Source: Candidatus Aminicenantes bacterium (lineage in GTDB: Bacteria > Acidobacteriota > Aminicenantia > UBA2199). From it: 64,000 nucleotides of DNA. The notes under the pieces were generated by a model, which was not told the origin of the DNA, made no database searches, and saw nothing but the letters and a program-made list of their open reading frames with translations. Every line of letters starts with the position of its first letter. Position 1 is the stretch's first letter. The DNA is taken from NCBI GenBank assembly GCA_963822075.1, contig CAWGGP010000009.1, positions 72,507 through 136,506 of the forward strand, in the 5' to 3' direction. Positions 52,450-62,171 of this stretch are shown here, one piece after another. The position numbers and the translations under genes are program-made.

Positions 52450-53679
52450 TCAGCGGGCTCCGCGGGCGATGCTCCGCAAGGCTTCCAGAAAGCGGTCGAC
52501 CTCGCTCTCGCTGTTGTACAGGCTGAGGCCCGCCCGCACCGCGCCGCCCTTTTCCTCGAGGCCCAGGAACTTCATGGGCTCCCAGGCATAGTAGTTGCCG
52601 TCCCAGACCTGGATGCCTGCCTGTCCCAGCATTTCCGCGATCGCCGCCGGGCCCATGCCCTCGATGGTGAAGCAGGCGGTAGGCGTCCGCCAGGCGAGGC
52701 GCCCGGGATCGGTTATGCCGTAGACGCGCAAGCCGGGGATGGCGAGCAGGCCGGGCAGCAGGCGCGAGAAAAGCAGGGTCTCGTGCGCCTGGATCGCCGC
52801 CAGCGCCAGCTTGAGCCGGGCGCGCCGGCCGGTGTAGGAAGCCGCGATCCCGGGATCCGGGGCCGGCGCATTTTCCCCGAGCCAGGCCAGGAAATCGACC
52901 GCCGCCGCCACGCCGGCGATGCCCTCGTGGTTCTTGGTCCCGGTCTCGAAGCAGTCGGGAATGGCGTCGAGGGCGGGCCGCACCTTGTAGGGCCGCAGGC
53001 GCTCCAGCGCTTCCCGCTTCCCGTACAGCACGCCGGAGTGCGGCCCGTAGAATTTATAGGGGGAGCAGGCCAGGAAATCGCAGTCCAGGAGCTGGACGTC
53101 GATGGCGCGGTGCGGCGCGAAATGGACGGCGTCGACGAAGGTCGCGGCCCCGGCTTTTTTGGCCGCGGCGATGATCCGCGGAATTTCGTTGATGGTGCCG
53201 AAGGCGTTGGAGGCGTAGCCCACGGCGACGACACGGGTCCGGGGATTGATCGTTTTTTCCAGGGCCCCCAGGTCCAGGGTGCAATCCGCGGGGTGGATCT
53301 CCAGCCAGCGGATCACGGCCCCGCATTCCTGCAGGAAGAGCCAGGGGGCGATGTTGGCGTCGTGGTCCAGCCGGGTGACCACGACCTCGTCTCCCGGGTT
53401 CAGGGTCTTGCCCAGGGCGCGGGCCAGGTGCATGGTCAGGGTGGTCATGTTGGCGCCGAAGATGATCTCGTCCGCCGAACGGGCGTTGACCAGGTCGGCC
53501 ATGGCGGCGCGGCCGAGGCCGACGATACCGTCGCTGCGCCGCGAGGTGGCGAAAAGGCCGTGCTCGTTGGCGTTGGCCTCGCGGTAGTAGGCGGCGACGG
53601 CGTCGCAGACCGCCTGCGGCACCTGCGTCCCGCCCGGGCCGTCGAAAAAGACCGCTCCAGACTCCAGTGCCGGGAACAT
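52450..53679 (-). CDS. cysteine desulfurase-like, class V aminotransferase-fold PLP enzyme
   Basis: 409 aa: ..FFDGPGGTQVP.., ..TRLDHDANIAPW.., ..VDAVHFAPH.., ..ACSPYKFYGPHSG... The N-terminus may extend about 10 codons upstream (..PIERIRA before MFPAL) if another indel is present. Confidence 0.8.
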   Translation of the reverse strand: MFPALESGAVFFDGPGGTQVPQAVCDAVAAYYREANANEHGLFATSRRSDGIVGLGRAAMADLVNARSADEIIFGANMTTLTMHLARALGKTLNPGDEVVVTRLDHDANIAPWLFLQECGAVIRWLEIHPADCTLDLGALEKTINPRTRVVAVGYASNAFGTINEIPRIIAAAKKAGAATFVDAVHFAPHRAIDVQLLDCDFLACSPYKFYGPHSGVLYGKREALERLRPYKVRPALDAIPDCFETGTKNHEGIAGVAAAVDFLAWLGENAPAPDPGIAASYTGRRARLKLALAAIQAHETLLFSRLLPGLLAIPGLRVYGITDPGRLAWRTPTACFTIEGMGPAAIAEMLGQAGIQVWDGNYYAWEPMKFLGLEEKGGAVRAGLSLYNSESEVDRFLEALRSIARGAR

Positions 53680-53712
53680 GGCCCGGATACGTTCAATGGG
53701 ATAACTCCATGC

Positions 53713-55007
53713 TCACTCCTGCGGCTTCAGCGGCGCGGCGCCGGGCGCGGTCCCCTTGGGGGACCAGCGTCCCGACCCGGGCGCGGTCTCCTTGGGGGAA
53801 AGGGAGAAATTTTTCAGGGCCAGGGCGGCGATGGATTCGCCGATGCTGATCGAAGCCGTGGCGGCCGGCGACGGGGCGTTCAGCACGTGGACCATGCGCT
53901 CGGCTTCGCGGATGCGGAAATCGTCGACCAGGAAACCGTTGGCCTCCAGCGCCTGGGCGCGGACGCCGGCGCCGCCGGGCGACCAGGTCGCCGGCCTGGA
54001 TCTCGGGGACCAGCCGCTGCAGCGCCCGGACAAACGCCTTCTTGGAAAAGGAACGGTAGAATTCGCCGAGGCCCATTTTCCAGAATTTCAGGCCCATGGC
54101 CCAGAACCCCGGGTACAGGGCGAATTGGGCGGCGTCGCGCAGGGAAAAGCTGGTCTTGGTGTAGCCGTGGCGCTTGAAGGCCAGGACGGCGTTGGGGCCG
54201 GCTTCGACGCCGCCGGCGATCATGCGCGTGAAATGCACGCCCAGGAAGGGGAACTGCGGGTCGGGGACCGGGTAGATCAGGTTGCGCACCAGGTCGCGGC
54301 GCCCGGGGACCAGTTCGTAGTATTCGCCGCGGAAAGGGATGATCTGCAAGCCGGGCTTGACGCCGCACAGGCGGGCGACGCGGTCGGACTGCAGGCCGGC
54401 GCAGTTGACCAGGTTGCGGCAGCGTACGTCGCCGTTCCGGTCGGAAAGGATCAGCTCCCGGCCGTCCTTTTTCACCCGCCGCACCTGGAAATTCAAGCGG
54501 ATCTCGCCGCCGCCGGCGCGGATGATCCGCGGCGTATTTCTCGCATACCTGGCGGTAATCGACGATGCCCGTCTCCCCCACCCAAAGCCCGGCGATGCCG
54601 GCGACGTGCGGCTCGAATTCCTTCAGCTCCTCCGCGCCGAGGCGGCGCAGCTTTTTCAGGCCGTTCGCCGCCCCTTTCTTTTCCAGTTCGTCCAGGGCGG
54701 CGATCTCGCCCGGCGTGGTCGCCACCACCAGCTTGCCGCAGGCCTGGTGGGCGATCCCCTGCTCACGGCAGAAGCGGTACAGGGCTTCGCGGCCGGCGAC
54801 GCAGTTCCTGGCCTTCAGCGAACCCGGCTTGTAATAGAGCCCGGAATGGATCACGCCGCTGTTGTTGCCGGTCTGGTGGGCGGCCAGCTGGCCTTCGGCC
54901 TCGAGCACGGCGATGGAGTTCACCCCGGACTTGACCAGGGCCATCGCCGTCGCCAAACCGACGATGCCGCCGCCGATGATGCCCACGTCGTAAATGCGCT
55001 CGCCCAT
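53713..55007 (-). CDS. lhgO: L-2-hydroxyglutarate oxidase/dehydrogenase-type FAD oxidoreductase; frameshifted as assembled
   Basis: ATG 55007 follows GGAGGGA and gives [24 protein letters not shown] (dinucleotide fold). It also has ..[23 protein letters not shown].., ..[11 protein letters not shown].., ..IIPFRGEYY.. and ..[19 protein letters not shown]... Indels lie near 54540 and 53990. The last ~25 codons as read translate a REP-like repeat and are doubtful. Confidence 0.8.
53728..53800. repeat. REP-like hairpin repeat, two 37-bp-period units (same family as 57446-57530)
   Basis: CAGCG starts units at 53728 and 53765. Each unit contains CGGGCGCGGTC(C/T)CC-TTG-GGGGA(C/A), a 6-7-bp stem with loop TTG. 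Confidence 0.7.
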
Positions 55008-55109
55008 GAAGTTCCCTCCTGTCGGATTCCGGCACGCGATGTCGATTGGAGGAGGAAATATAGCAGATGCTCCGGTGTTAGTCAAACAAGACAGCGTGAT
55101 TGGTGAATA

Positions 55110-55195
55110 GTGATTAGTGATTGGTGAGCCGCAATTTCAAGAAATATCTCGTTTCTTTGCCTTTCAAATTACCAATTACTGATCACTAATCACTG
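55110..55195. repeat. 13-bp perfect inverted repeat flanking a 60-bp AT-rich spacer in the lhgO/phosphomannomutase divergent intergenic region
   Basis: AGTGATTAGTGAT (55110-55122) pairs with ATCACTAATCACT (55183-55195). The left side also carries iterated GTGATT(G/A) words from 55097. Confidence 0.8.
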
Positions 55196-55251
55196 AGCCT
55201 TGGCCTCCGTTTGCCCGGCAACGGCGTTCTGCGGTATAATGGGCGCTCCAC

Positions 55252-56763
55252 TTGGAGGTGATCCGGATGATCAACGAAGCGATGTTCAGGGAATACGATA
55301 TCCGCGGCCTGGCCGATAGCGAGCTGACCGACCCGGTGGTGGAGCGGGTCGCCATGGCCGCCGCCGCGGTCTACGTGCGCGAGGGGAAGAAAGAGATCGC
55401 CATGGGCATGGACGGCCGCCCCAGCTCGCCGCGCATCAAGGAGCTGTTCAGCCGCACCCTGGCCCGCTACGGCCTGCGGGTGACCGACTTCGGGCTGGTG
55501 CCGACTCCTGTCGTCTATTTCGCCTGCTTCCAGCACAAGATGGGGGGCGCGGTCATCATCACCGCCTCGCACAACCCCAGCGAATACAACGGCTTGAAGA
55601 TCCTGCTCGGCAATGCGGCGCTGTACGGGGACCAGATCAAGGAGATCTACCGGCTCGCCGTCGACGGGCCCTTCCCCGCCGAAAAGAAAGGCACGATATC
55701 CCAAAAAGACATCCTGCCGGAATACCTGGCCTACATTGAAAAGAACATCACCCTGAAAAAGAAGATCCGCGTGGTCGTCGACGCCGGCAACGGCACCGGA
55801 GGCATCACCGCCCCCGAGTTGTACCGCCGCCTGGGCGCCGAGGTCATCCCCCTTTTCTGCGACGTGGACGGGCGCTTCCCCAACCACCATCCCGACCCCA
55901 CGGTGGAGAAGAACCTGCAGGACCTGATCGCCAAGGTGCGCGAGACCGGGGCCGACCTGGGCATCGGCCTCGACGGCGACGCCGACCGCATCGGCGTCGT
56001 GGACGGCCGGGGACGAATCCTCTGGGGGGACCAGCTGCTGGTCATTTACGCCCGCGACATCCTCAAGAGCCATCCCGGCGCCACCATCATCTCCGAGGTC
56101 AAGGCCTCGGAGGTCCTCTACGCCGAGATCCGGAAGTACGGCGGCGTGCCCATCATGTGGCAGGCCGGCCACTCGCTGATCAAGAAGAAGCTTTTCGAAG
56201 TGAACGCGCTGCTCGCCGGCGAGGTCAGCGGCCACGTCTTCTTCCACGATAAGTGGTTCGGCTTCGACGATGCCGTCTACGCCGGGGCGCGGCTGCTGGA
56301 GATCCTGGGCGCGACCGCCGACAGCCTGGGCACGATATTCGATTCCATCCCCCACGTCTTCAACACGCCCGAGCTCCGCGTCGACTGCCCCGACGACGTC
56401 AAGTTCAAGGTCGTCGACGCCATCCGCGAGTATTACAAGAAGATACTGCCGGTGATTGATATCGACGGCGCCCGCGTGAAATTCCCCCACGGCTGGGCCC
56501 TGGTCCGGGCCTCGAACACCCAGCCGTCGCTCGTGGTCCGCTACGAAGCCGACACCGAAGAGGAGCTGCAGAAGATCCAGGACCAGGTGGACGAGGTCAT
56601 CCGCCGCTTCCAGGCCGAGAGCCGCGTCGCCGCGCGGCGCTGCGGCCCGGAACTGACTTGCCGCTCGCGCTCAAGATCGTCCTGCTGGCCCTGGTCCAGG
56701 GGTTCAGCGAGTTCTTCCCGGTCAGTTCCAGCGGCCACCTGCTCGTTTTCCAGAAGCTGCTGA
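55252..56763 (+). CDS. phosphomannomutase/phosphoglucomutase
   Basis: The motifs are the active-site loop TASHNPSEYNG, the Mg loop GLDGDADR, and ..GEVSGH... The last ~35 codons (RVAARRCGPELTCRSRSRS..) overlap uppP and look non-native, so the true stop probably lies near 56650. Confidence 0.85.
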   Translation: MEVIRMINEAMFREYDIRGLADSELTDPVVERVAMAAAAVYVREGKKEIAMGMDGRPSSPRIKELFSRTLARYGLRVTDFGLVPTPVVYFACFQHKMGGAVIITASHNPSEYNGLKILLGNAALYGDQIKEIYRLAVDGPFPAEKKGTISQKDILPEYLAYIEKNITLKKKIRVVVDAGNGTGGITAPELYRRLGAEVIPLFCDVDGRFPNHHPDPTVEKNLQDLIAKVRETGADLGIGLDGDADRIGVVDGRGRILWGDQLLVIYARDILKSHPGATIISEVKASEVLYAEIRKYGGVPIMWQAGHSLIKKKLFEVNALLAGEVSGHVFFHDKWFGFDDAVYAGARLLEILGATADSLGTIFDSIPHVFNTPELRVDCPDDVKFKVVDAIREYYKKILPVIDIDGARVKFPHGWALVRASNTQPSLVVRYEADTEEELQKIQDQVDEVIRRFQAESRVAARRCGPELTCRSRSRSSCWPWSRGSASSSRSVPAATCSFSRSC

Positions 56764-57417
56764 ACTTCACCACCCTGCCCCTGGTCTACGACATCTTCTT
56801 CCACCTGGGCACCCTGCTGGCGGTGGCGGCCTATTTTTTCAGGGACCTGAAGCCGCTGGCCCTGCGCTTCTACGAAAGGGAGAATTTCCGCCTGCTGCTG
56901 CTTCTGCTCACCGCTTCCCTGCCCACCGCCCTGATCGGCTTCCTGTTCAAGGATTTTTTCGAATCCCTGTTCGCCAAGACGGCGTACCTCGGGTTCTGCT
57001 TCATTTTCACCGCGTTCGTCCTGCTGGCCTCGCGCTTCCGGCGCCGGAAAACGACTCCCGCCTTCCCGGCCGCGTTCATCATCGGCGTCGCCCAGGGGCT
57101 GGCCATCGTTCCCGGCATCTCCCGCTCCGGCATGACCATCGCGGCGGCGCTGATCCTCGGCCTGGGCTTTGAATTTTCCTTCCGCTTTTCCTTCCTCTTG
57201 TCCATCCCGGCCGTCCTGGGCGCGGTCATACTCGAATGGGACAAGATCCCCTGGCAGGGCGGGCACTGGCCGCAGCTGGCGCTGGCGGTCCTGGTTTCGG
57301 CGCCTGGCGGGGTTCCTGGCCCTGGGACTCCTGAAAAGGATCATGATCAGGGAAAAATTCCACCGCTTCGGGATCTATCTCCTGGTCCTGGGCGTCCTGG
57401 TCTTGCTTTTCCTCTGA
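56658..57417 (+). CDS. uppP: undecaprenyl-diphosphate phosphatase (BacA/UppP); frameshifted as assembled
   Basis: ORF 56658..57560 gives ..LVQGFSEFFPVSSSGHLLVF.. and ..PGISRSGMTIAAAL... After an indel near 57300 the C-terminus continues in ORF 57169..57417 (..AGFLALGLLKRIMIREKFHRFGIYLLVLGVLVLLFL). Confidence 0.88.
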
Positions 57418-57445
57418 GCGGGCCTACGCCTTTCGCGTGCCGGGA

Positions 57446-57530
57446 TCAGCGTCCCGGAATCGGGCGCGACCCCCTTGGGGGGTCAGCGTCCCGGAATCGG
57501 GCGCGACCCCCTTGGGGGGTCAGCGATTCC
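57446..57530. repeat. REP-like hairpin repeat, two full 37-bp units plus a partial third, between convergent genes
   Basis: TCAGCGTCCCGGAATCGGGCGCGACCCCCTTGGGGGG is present at 57446 and 57483, and a partial unit begins at 57520. Each unit holds GACCCCC-TTG-GGGGGTC (a perfect 7-bp stem). It probably also acts as a bidirectional terminator for uppP and the AMP-ligase gene. Confidence 0.8.
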
Positions 57531-59043
57531 CCTGCAGCTGCTGGCGCACCGTCTCGGTGATGCTGCGGAAATCGATCTTGCCGCTGCCCATCTTGGGAAA
57601 CTCCCCCAGGACCAGGAACTGCTTGGGCAGGGCGATGGCGGGAAGTTCTTCGGCCATGAGCTTCAGCGTTTTCTTCTCATTGATCCCGTGGGTCACGGCG
57701 GCGACGATCCTGGCCCCCTTCAGGGAATCGGGAACTTCCACCACGCAGCAGTCGACGCCCTCGGGGAGCAGCCCCAGCAGCACGCTCTCGACCCGGACCA
57801 GCGAGACCATTTCGCCGCCGATCTTGACGAAGCGCTTCAGGCGGCCGCGGTGCCACAGGAAGCCTTCCTCGTCCAGGACGCCCATGTCCCCGGTCTCGTA
57901 CCAGCCGTCCTTGATGCGCAGCGAAGTCTCTTCCAGGTCGTCGAAATACCCCTTCATGACCAGGTCGCCCTTGACCAGGATCTTTCCCTCCCCGCCGGCA
58001 GGCAGCGTTTCGCCGCTGTTGATGTCCACGATCTTCACCCGCACGCTGGGCAGCACCTTGCCGACGCTGCCCGGCTTGTTGGCGCCGGGCAGGTTGGTGG
58101 CAACGACCGGGCTGGTCTCGGTCGCGCCGTAGCCCTCGCACAATTCGAGGCCGTGCTTCTCCAGGAACCCCGCGCGCAGGGAATCGGGGGTCTTGTCGGC
58201 GCCGGCGACGGCGACGCGCAGCGAGGAGAAATCGCCCGCTTCCGACTGGCGCAGGTAGCCGGAAAAGAAGCTGGGCGTGCCGACCATCAGCGAGACCTTC
58301 TCCTCGCGCACGATGGCGCAGACCTTCTTGTATTCCAGGGGATTGGCGTAGGAAACGATGGTCATGCCGAAAAGCAGCGGCAGCCAGAAATCGACGTTGT
58401 GGCCGAAAACGTGGAAAAGGGGGAGGTTGGCCAGCATGACGTCCTCGCTGGTCACGGTCAGGACCTTGCCGATGTCCATGACGTTCGAGCCGATGTTGCG
58501 GTGGGTCAACTGCACCGCCTTGGGGTCCTTCTCGCTGCCGGAGGTGAAGAGGATGACCAGGTTGTCGTCGGGCTCGCCCTGGTGGACCGCTTTCAGCAGG
58601 AAGCTGGTGGGCAGCTTGGACTTGAGCAGCGCCTTCAGCTTGTCCGCCGCCCCCACTTCCTGAAGGATGTCCTCGATGAAAACCATGCCCGAGACCACGC
58701 GGCAGCCGATCTTTTCCAGCAGGGCCCGCGAGGCGATGATGGTCCTGAAGCCGCATTTCCTCTGGGCGTACTCGGCGTTGTTCGCCGCCCCGGTGGAATA
58801 GTTGATCATCACCGGCACCTTGCCGGCCATGAGCACGCCCAGGATCGAGAGCATGCAACCGGCGGAAGTGGGGACCATGATGCCGATGAAGCCGTCGTGG
58901 TATTTCTTGACCTTGGCGGACAGGATCAGCGAGGCGATCAGCGCCTTGCCGTAGGTGAAGTTCTTGTCGAGGGTGCGGTCGATGATGGCCGTTTTTTCGC
59001 CGTACTTCTTGGCGTTCTTGATGAATTCGTGGTGCAGGAGCAT
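57520..59043 (-). CDS. AMP-dependent synthetase/ligase (acyl-CoA or acyl-ACP synthetase family)
   Basis: 507 aa: the AMP motif LFTSGSEKDPKAV, ..EGYGATE.., ..GWYETGD.. and ..GKID... Confidence 0.85.
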   Translation of the reverse strand: MLLHHEFIKNAKKYGEKTAIIDRTLDKNFTYGKALIASLILSAKVKKYHDGFIGIMVPTSAGCMLSILGVLMAGKVPVMINYSTGAANNAEYAQRKCGFRTIIASRALLEKIGCRVVSGMVFIEDILQEVGAADKLKALLKSKLPTSFLLKAVHQGEPDDNLVILFTSGSEKDPKAVQLTHRNIGSNVMDIGKVLTVTSEDVMLANLPLFHVFGHNVDFWLPLLFGMTIVSYANPLEYKKVCAIVREEKVSLMVGTPSFFSGYLRQSEAGDFSSLRVAVAGADKTPDSLRAGFLEKHGLELCEGYGATETSPVVATNLPGANKPGSVGKVLPSVRVKIVDINSGETLPAGGEGKILVKGDLVMKGYFDDLEETSLRIKDGWYETGDMGVLDEEGFLWHRGRLKRFVKIGGEMVSLVRVESVLLGLLPEGVDCCVVEVPDSLKGARIVAAVTHGINEKKTLKLMAEELPAIALPKQFLVLGEFPKMGSGKIDFRSITETVRQQLQGNR

Positions 59044-59141
59044 GGGCGGGCCTCCGGAAAATTTAATTTTAACGAATCCTTATATCACAATTCCAGCGCC
59101 GGGTAAACCGGGGGGCAGGAAAAGAGCGGCGCGGCCGGGAA

Positions 59142-59417
59142 CTATTTGCTTTTGACCTTCTTTTCCTTGATCTTCAGCTTTTTCATCTTCTTGGCGATGG
59201 TGTTCCGGTGCAATTTGACGCTGGCCGACATTTTCAGGACGTTGTGGTCATGCTTTTCCAGCAGGGCCTGCAGCAGGGTCTTTTCGAATTCCTCGGTGAT
59301 CTCCTTGTAAAACAGGTAGCGGGAATTCACCGCCTTGCCCGCCAGGATCTTCATCTGGTTCTTGATGGTCAGGGCTTCAAATTGTTCGGCGATCTCGGTT
59401 ATCTTTTTGGTTGTCAT
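59142..59417 (-). CDS. Fis-family helix-turn-helix DNA-binding protein
   Basis: 91 aa with the C-terminal ..HDHNVLKMSASVKLHRNTIAKKMKKL.. Fis-type HTH and a lysine-rich tail. Confidence 0.7.
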   Translation of the reverse strand: MTTKKITEIAEQFEALTIKNQMKILAGKAVNSRYLFYKEITEEFEKTLLQALLEKHDHNVLKMSASVKLHRNTIAKKMKKLKIKEKKVKSK

Positions 59418-59922
59418 GGATCTTGATCAATGTCAGCCTGTCCCGCAGCGAGGGGGGCAGCACGCGGATGCCGGCGACGATCACCCGCGTCAGGACGGGC
59501 GCCAGTTGCGAATGGTCGAGGAGCTCCTGGTTCAGGGGGAACGCCAGGAAACTGTAGATGACCAGCCCGGAGAGCAGCAAGCCCCGCAGCAGGCCGAAAA
59601 CGGCTCCCAGCAGGCGGTCGACGGCCTTGAGCGGCCCGACCACCAGGTGCGTGCCGATAAAGCCGGTGACCATGGAGCCGAGGGCGGCGGCCAGCGCCAG
59701 GATCAGCAGGAAGCCTGCGAAATTGGCCAGGTCGCGGTTATCGATGAAGCCGTGCAGCAGCAGGCCGGCCTCCCGGTAGTAGATGAAGGCGACGACCAGG
59801 GCGGCGACCAGGAAGAACAGGGAGAGCAGTTCCCGCACCAGGCCGCGAAAAAGGCCGAAAAAGATGGAGAAGAACAGCAGGGCGATGAAAAGGAGGTCCA
59901 GGATATTCAGTTCCCCGTTCAT
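59377..59922 (-). CDS. cvpA: CvpA-family membrane protein
   Basis: ATG 59922 overlaps the purC stop as ATGA. The sequence is MNGELNILDLLFIALLFFSIFFGLFRGLVRELLSLFFLVAALVVAFIYY.., with four TM segments. Confidence 0.75.
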   Translation of the reverse strand: MNGELNILDLLFIALLFFSIFFGLFRGLVRELLSLFFLVAALVVAFIYYREAGLLLHGFIDNRDLANFAGFLLILALAAALGSMVTGFIGTHLVVGPLKAVDRLLGAVFGLLRGLLLSGLVIYSFLAFPLNQELLDHSQLAPVLTRVIVAGIRVLPPSLRDRLTLIKIHDNQKDNRDRRTI

Positions 59923-60801
59923 GCTTCCTGGCCGGTCAGGATGCGGAAGATCTCCCGGTATTTCTCGCTCGTGGCGGCGATCACCTCGTCGGGCAGCGCC
60001 GGCGGCGGCGACTTCCTGTCCCAGGGCGAGGCCAGCAGGTAATTGCGCACGAATTGCTTGTCGAAGGGTGGAGGTTCCTGGCCCGGGCGGTAGTCGTCGC
60101 GCTTCCAGAACCGCGAGGAATCGGGGGTGAATATTTCGTCGATGAGCACGATGTTTCCTTGGTCGTCCCGGCCGAATTCGAACTTGGAATCGGCGATGAT
60201 GATGCCGCGTTCCAGGGCGTAGGCGCTCGCCGCCGCGAACAGCCGCAGCGAAAGTTCCCGCAGCCGCTCGCGCCGTATCGCTCCCCAACTTGCCGGCCAG
60301 CTGCGCGAAGGTCATGTTCTCGTCATGGCCCTTTTCGGCCTTGGTGGTGGGCGTAAAGATCGGCTCGGGCAGCCGGTCGGCGAACGCCAACCCCTTGGGC
60401 AGCGTGATGCCGCACACCGTCCCGTCTTTCTGGTAGGTGTTCCAGCCCGAACCCACGATGTAACCGCGGACGATGGCCTCGATGGGAAAAGCGTCCAGCT
60501 TGCGCGCGAGCAGGGAGCGCTTTTCCAGGAACGGGGCCTGGTCGCGGAATTCGTCCAGCGTTTCCGGCCGGGAGTTGAGCACGTGGTTGGGGATCAGCTC
60601 CCGGGTGCGGTCGAACCAGAAGGCGGCGATGCGGTTCAGCACCTGGCCCTTGCCGGGTATGAGCGACGGCAGCACGTAATCGAACGCCGATATGCGGTCG
60701 CTGGACACGATCAGCAGGCGGCCGTCCACGTCGAAGACATCGCGGACCTTCCCCCTTTTAAACAGTTTGAAAGGCAGTTCTGCCCTGTCCAGGGTTTTCA
60801 A
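59919..60801 (-). CDS. purC: phosphoribosylaminoimidazole-succinocarboxamide synthase; frameshifted as assembled
   Basis: TTG 60801 follows AGGAG and gives (M)KTLDRAELPFKLFKRGKVRDVFDV..LLIVSSDRISAFD..VRGYIVGSGW... After an indel near 60270 it continues ..IIADSKFEFG..LIDEIFTPDSSRFW.. (ORF 59919..60149). Confidence 0.88.
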
Positions 60802-60841
60802 TTTTCCTCTCCTCGTCGCGGCTCGCAAAATGGAAAGATGT

Positions 60842-60870
60842 ATTTTATTGAAGTCAAGTTCGTTTGTCAA
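60842..60870 (-). promoter_or_regulatory. sigma70-type promoter candidate for purC-cvpA-fis
   Basis: The reverse strand shows TTGACA (60870-60865), a 17-nt spacer, then TAAAAT (60847-60842). Confidence 0.5.
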
Positions 60871-61000
60871 TCGATGAAAACCAAAGGAAAAGTGAAGAAG
60901 TAGAAAGGTTAAAGTGAACAGCATTTTTCCGATATTCTTTGCTTACTTTTTCCTTTTACCGTTTACCTTTTTCCTTACAAGAGATGTCTTTTATACGATC

Positions 61001-62014
61001 AACATCGCGTCGCCGTAGGAAAAAAACCGATAGCCCTCCGGCGATGGCTTCCCGGTACGTCTCCTGCAGCAGGTCCAGGCCGGCGAAGGCGCTGGCCAGG
61101 ATGAAGAGCGAGGACTTCGGCAGGTGAAAATTGGTGAGCAGCTTGTCCACCATGCGGAAACGGAAACCCGGGCTTATGAAAATATCCGTGCTGAACTCCT
61201 CGAGCGGCTCCGGCAGCAGGGCGTAGCTCTCCAGGGAGCGCACCGAGGTGGTGCCCACGGCCAGGAGCCCGGCGCCCTGCTTTTTCAGCTCCCGGATGCG
61301 CCGGGCCACCTCCGCCTCGATCCGGATCCTTTCGCTGCCCATCCGGTGCCGGCCGATGTCCTCCACCTCGATATTCTGGAACGTGGCCTCGCCGACCTCC
61401 AGGGTGATCTCCAGCAGGGGATGTTCCCGGCGCACGCGCTCCAGTATCTCGGGGGTGAAATGCAGCCCCGCCGTCGGCGCGGCGATCGAGCCCGGGCGCC
61501 GCGCATAGACCGTCTGGTAGCGCTCGAGATCGAAACTCCGCCGCTCGGCCGCCTCCCCCGCCCTGCGCTTGATATAGGGGGGCAGCGGGGCGAATCCCAG
61601 CTCGAGCACTTGCGGGTATGCGCGGTCGAAGAGCAGCCGGCGCCGGCCGCGCTCGCCCACGGCGATCACCTTGGCCTGCAACCCGTCCACGGCGCGGAAC
61701 ACGGCCCCGGGCTTGAAATGGGCCGCCGGCCGGCAAAGGACCTCGAGCGTTTTATCTCCGAGGTCCCTGACCACCAGCATCTCCGCCGCCTTGCCGTCGA
61801 TGCGGCCGAACAGGCGGGCCGGCAGCACGCGCGAATCGTTCATGACCAGGAAATCCCCGGCGGCGAGCAGGTCGGGAAGGTCATGGAAGGCGTGGTGGGA
61901 GACACGGCCGCTGCGGCGGTCGAGCCGCAGCAGCCTGGAATGGTCGCGGCGCTCGGCCGGGAAGCGGGCGATCCGTTCCTGGGGCAGCGCAAAATCAAAA
62001 TCGGCAAGCCTCAT
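61001..62014 (-). CDS. queA: S-adenosylmethionine:tRNA ribosyltransferase-isomerase; frameshifted at the extreme 3' end as assembled
   Basis: ORF 60956..62014 gives MRLADFDFALPQERIA..PLPPYIKR..APTAGLHFT..GTTSVRSLE..TNFHLPKSSL... The expected ending EGYRFFSYGDAMLIV-stop is in the adjacent frame (stop at 61001-61003) after an indel near 61045. Confidence 0.9.
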
Positions 62015-62137
62015 GGGAGCCGCATCTTATCGGCCGGGGATGGCGGGCGCCATCCAGAAAAACGATCCTGATGTTTTCATCCCGTTCCATTTATAGCAAA
62101 TCTTCTCCCAATGTCAAATGACATCCGCGCCGCCGGG

Positions 62138-62165
62138 TTGAAATATTTTTTTTCTTTCCTATAAT
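62138..62165 (+). promoter_or_regulatory. sigma70-type promoter candidate abutting the sensor gene start (possible leaderless mRNA)
   Basis: TTGAAA (62138-62143), a 16-nt spacer, then TATAAT (62160-62165). The ATG at 62172 lies only 6 nt after the -10 element and no SD sequence is present. Confidence 0.45.
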
Positions 62166-62171
62166 TAACCC

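Noticed and set aside
56650-56763. A genuine ~110-nt coding overlap between the phosphomannomutase gene and uppP
   Set aside because: The overlapping PMM tail (RVAARRCGPELTCRSRSRSSCW..) is not PMM-like. A TGA in another frame at 56654-56656 sits just before the uppP TTG, so a missed indel extending the ORF is more likely.
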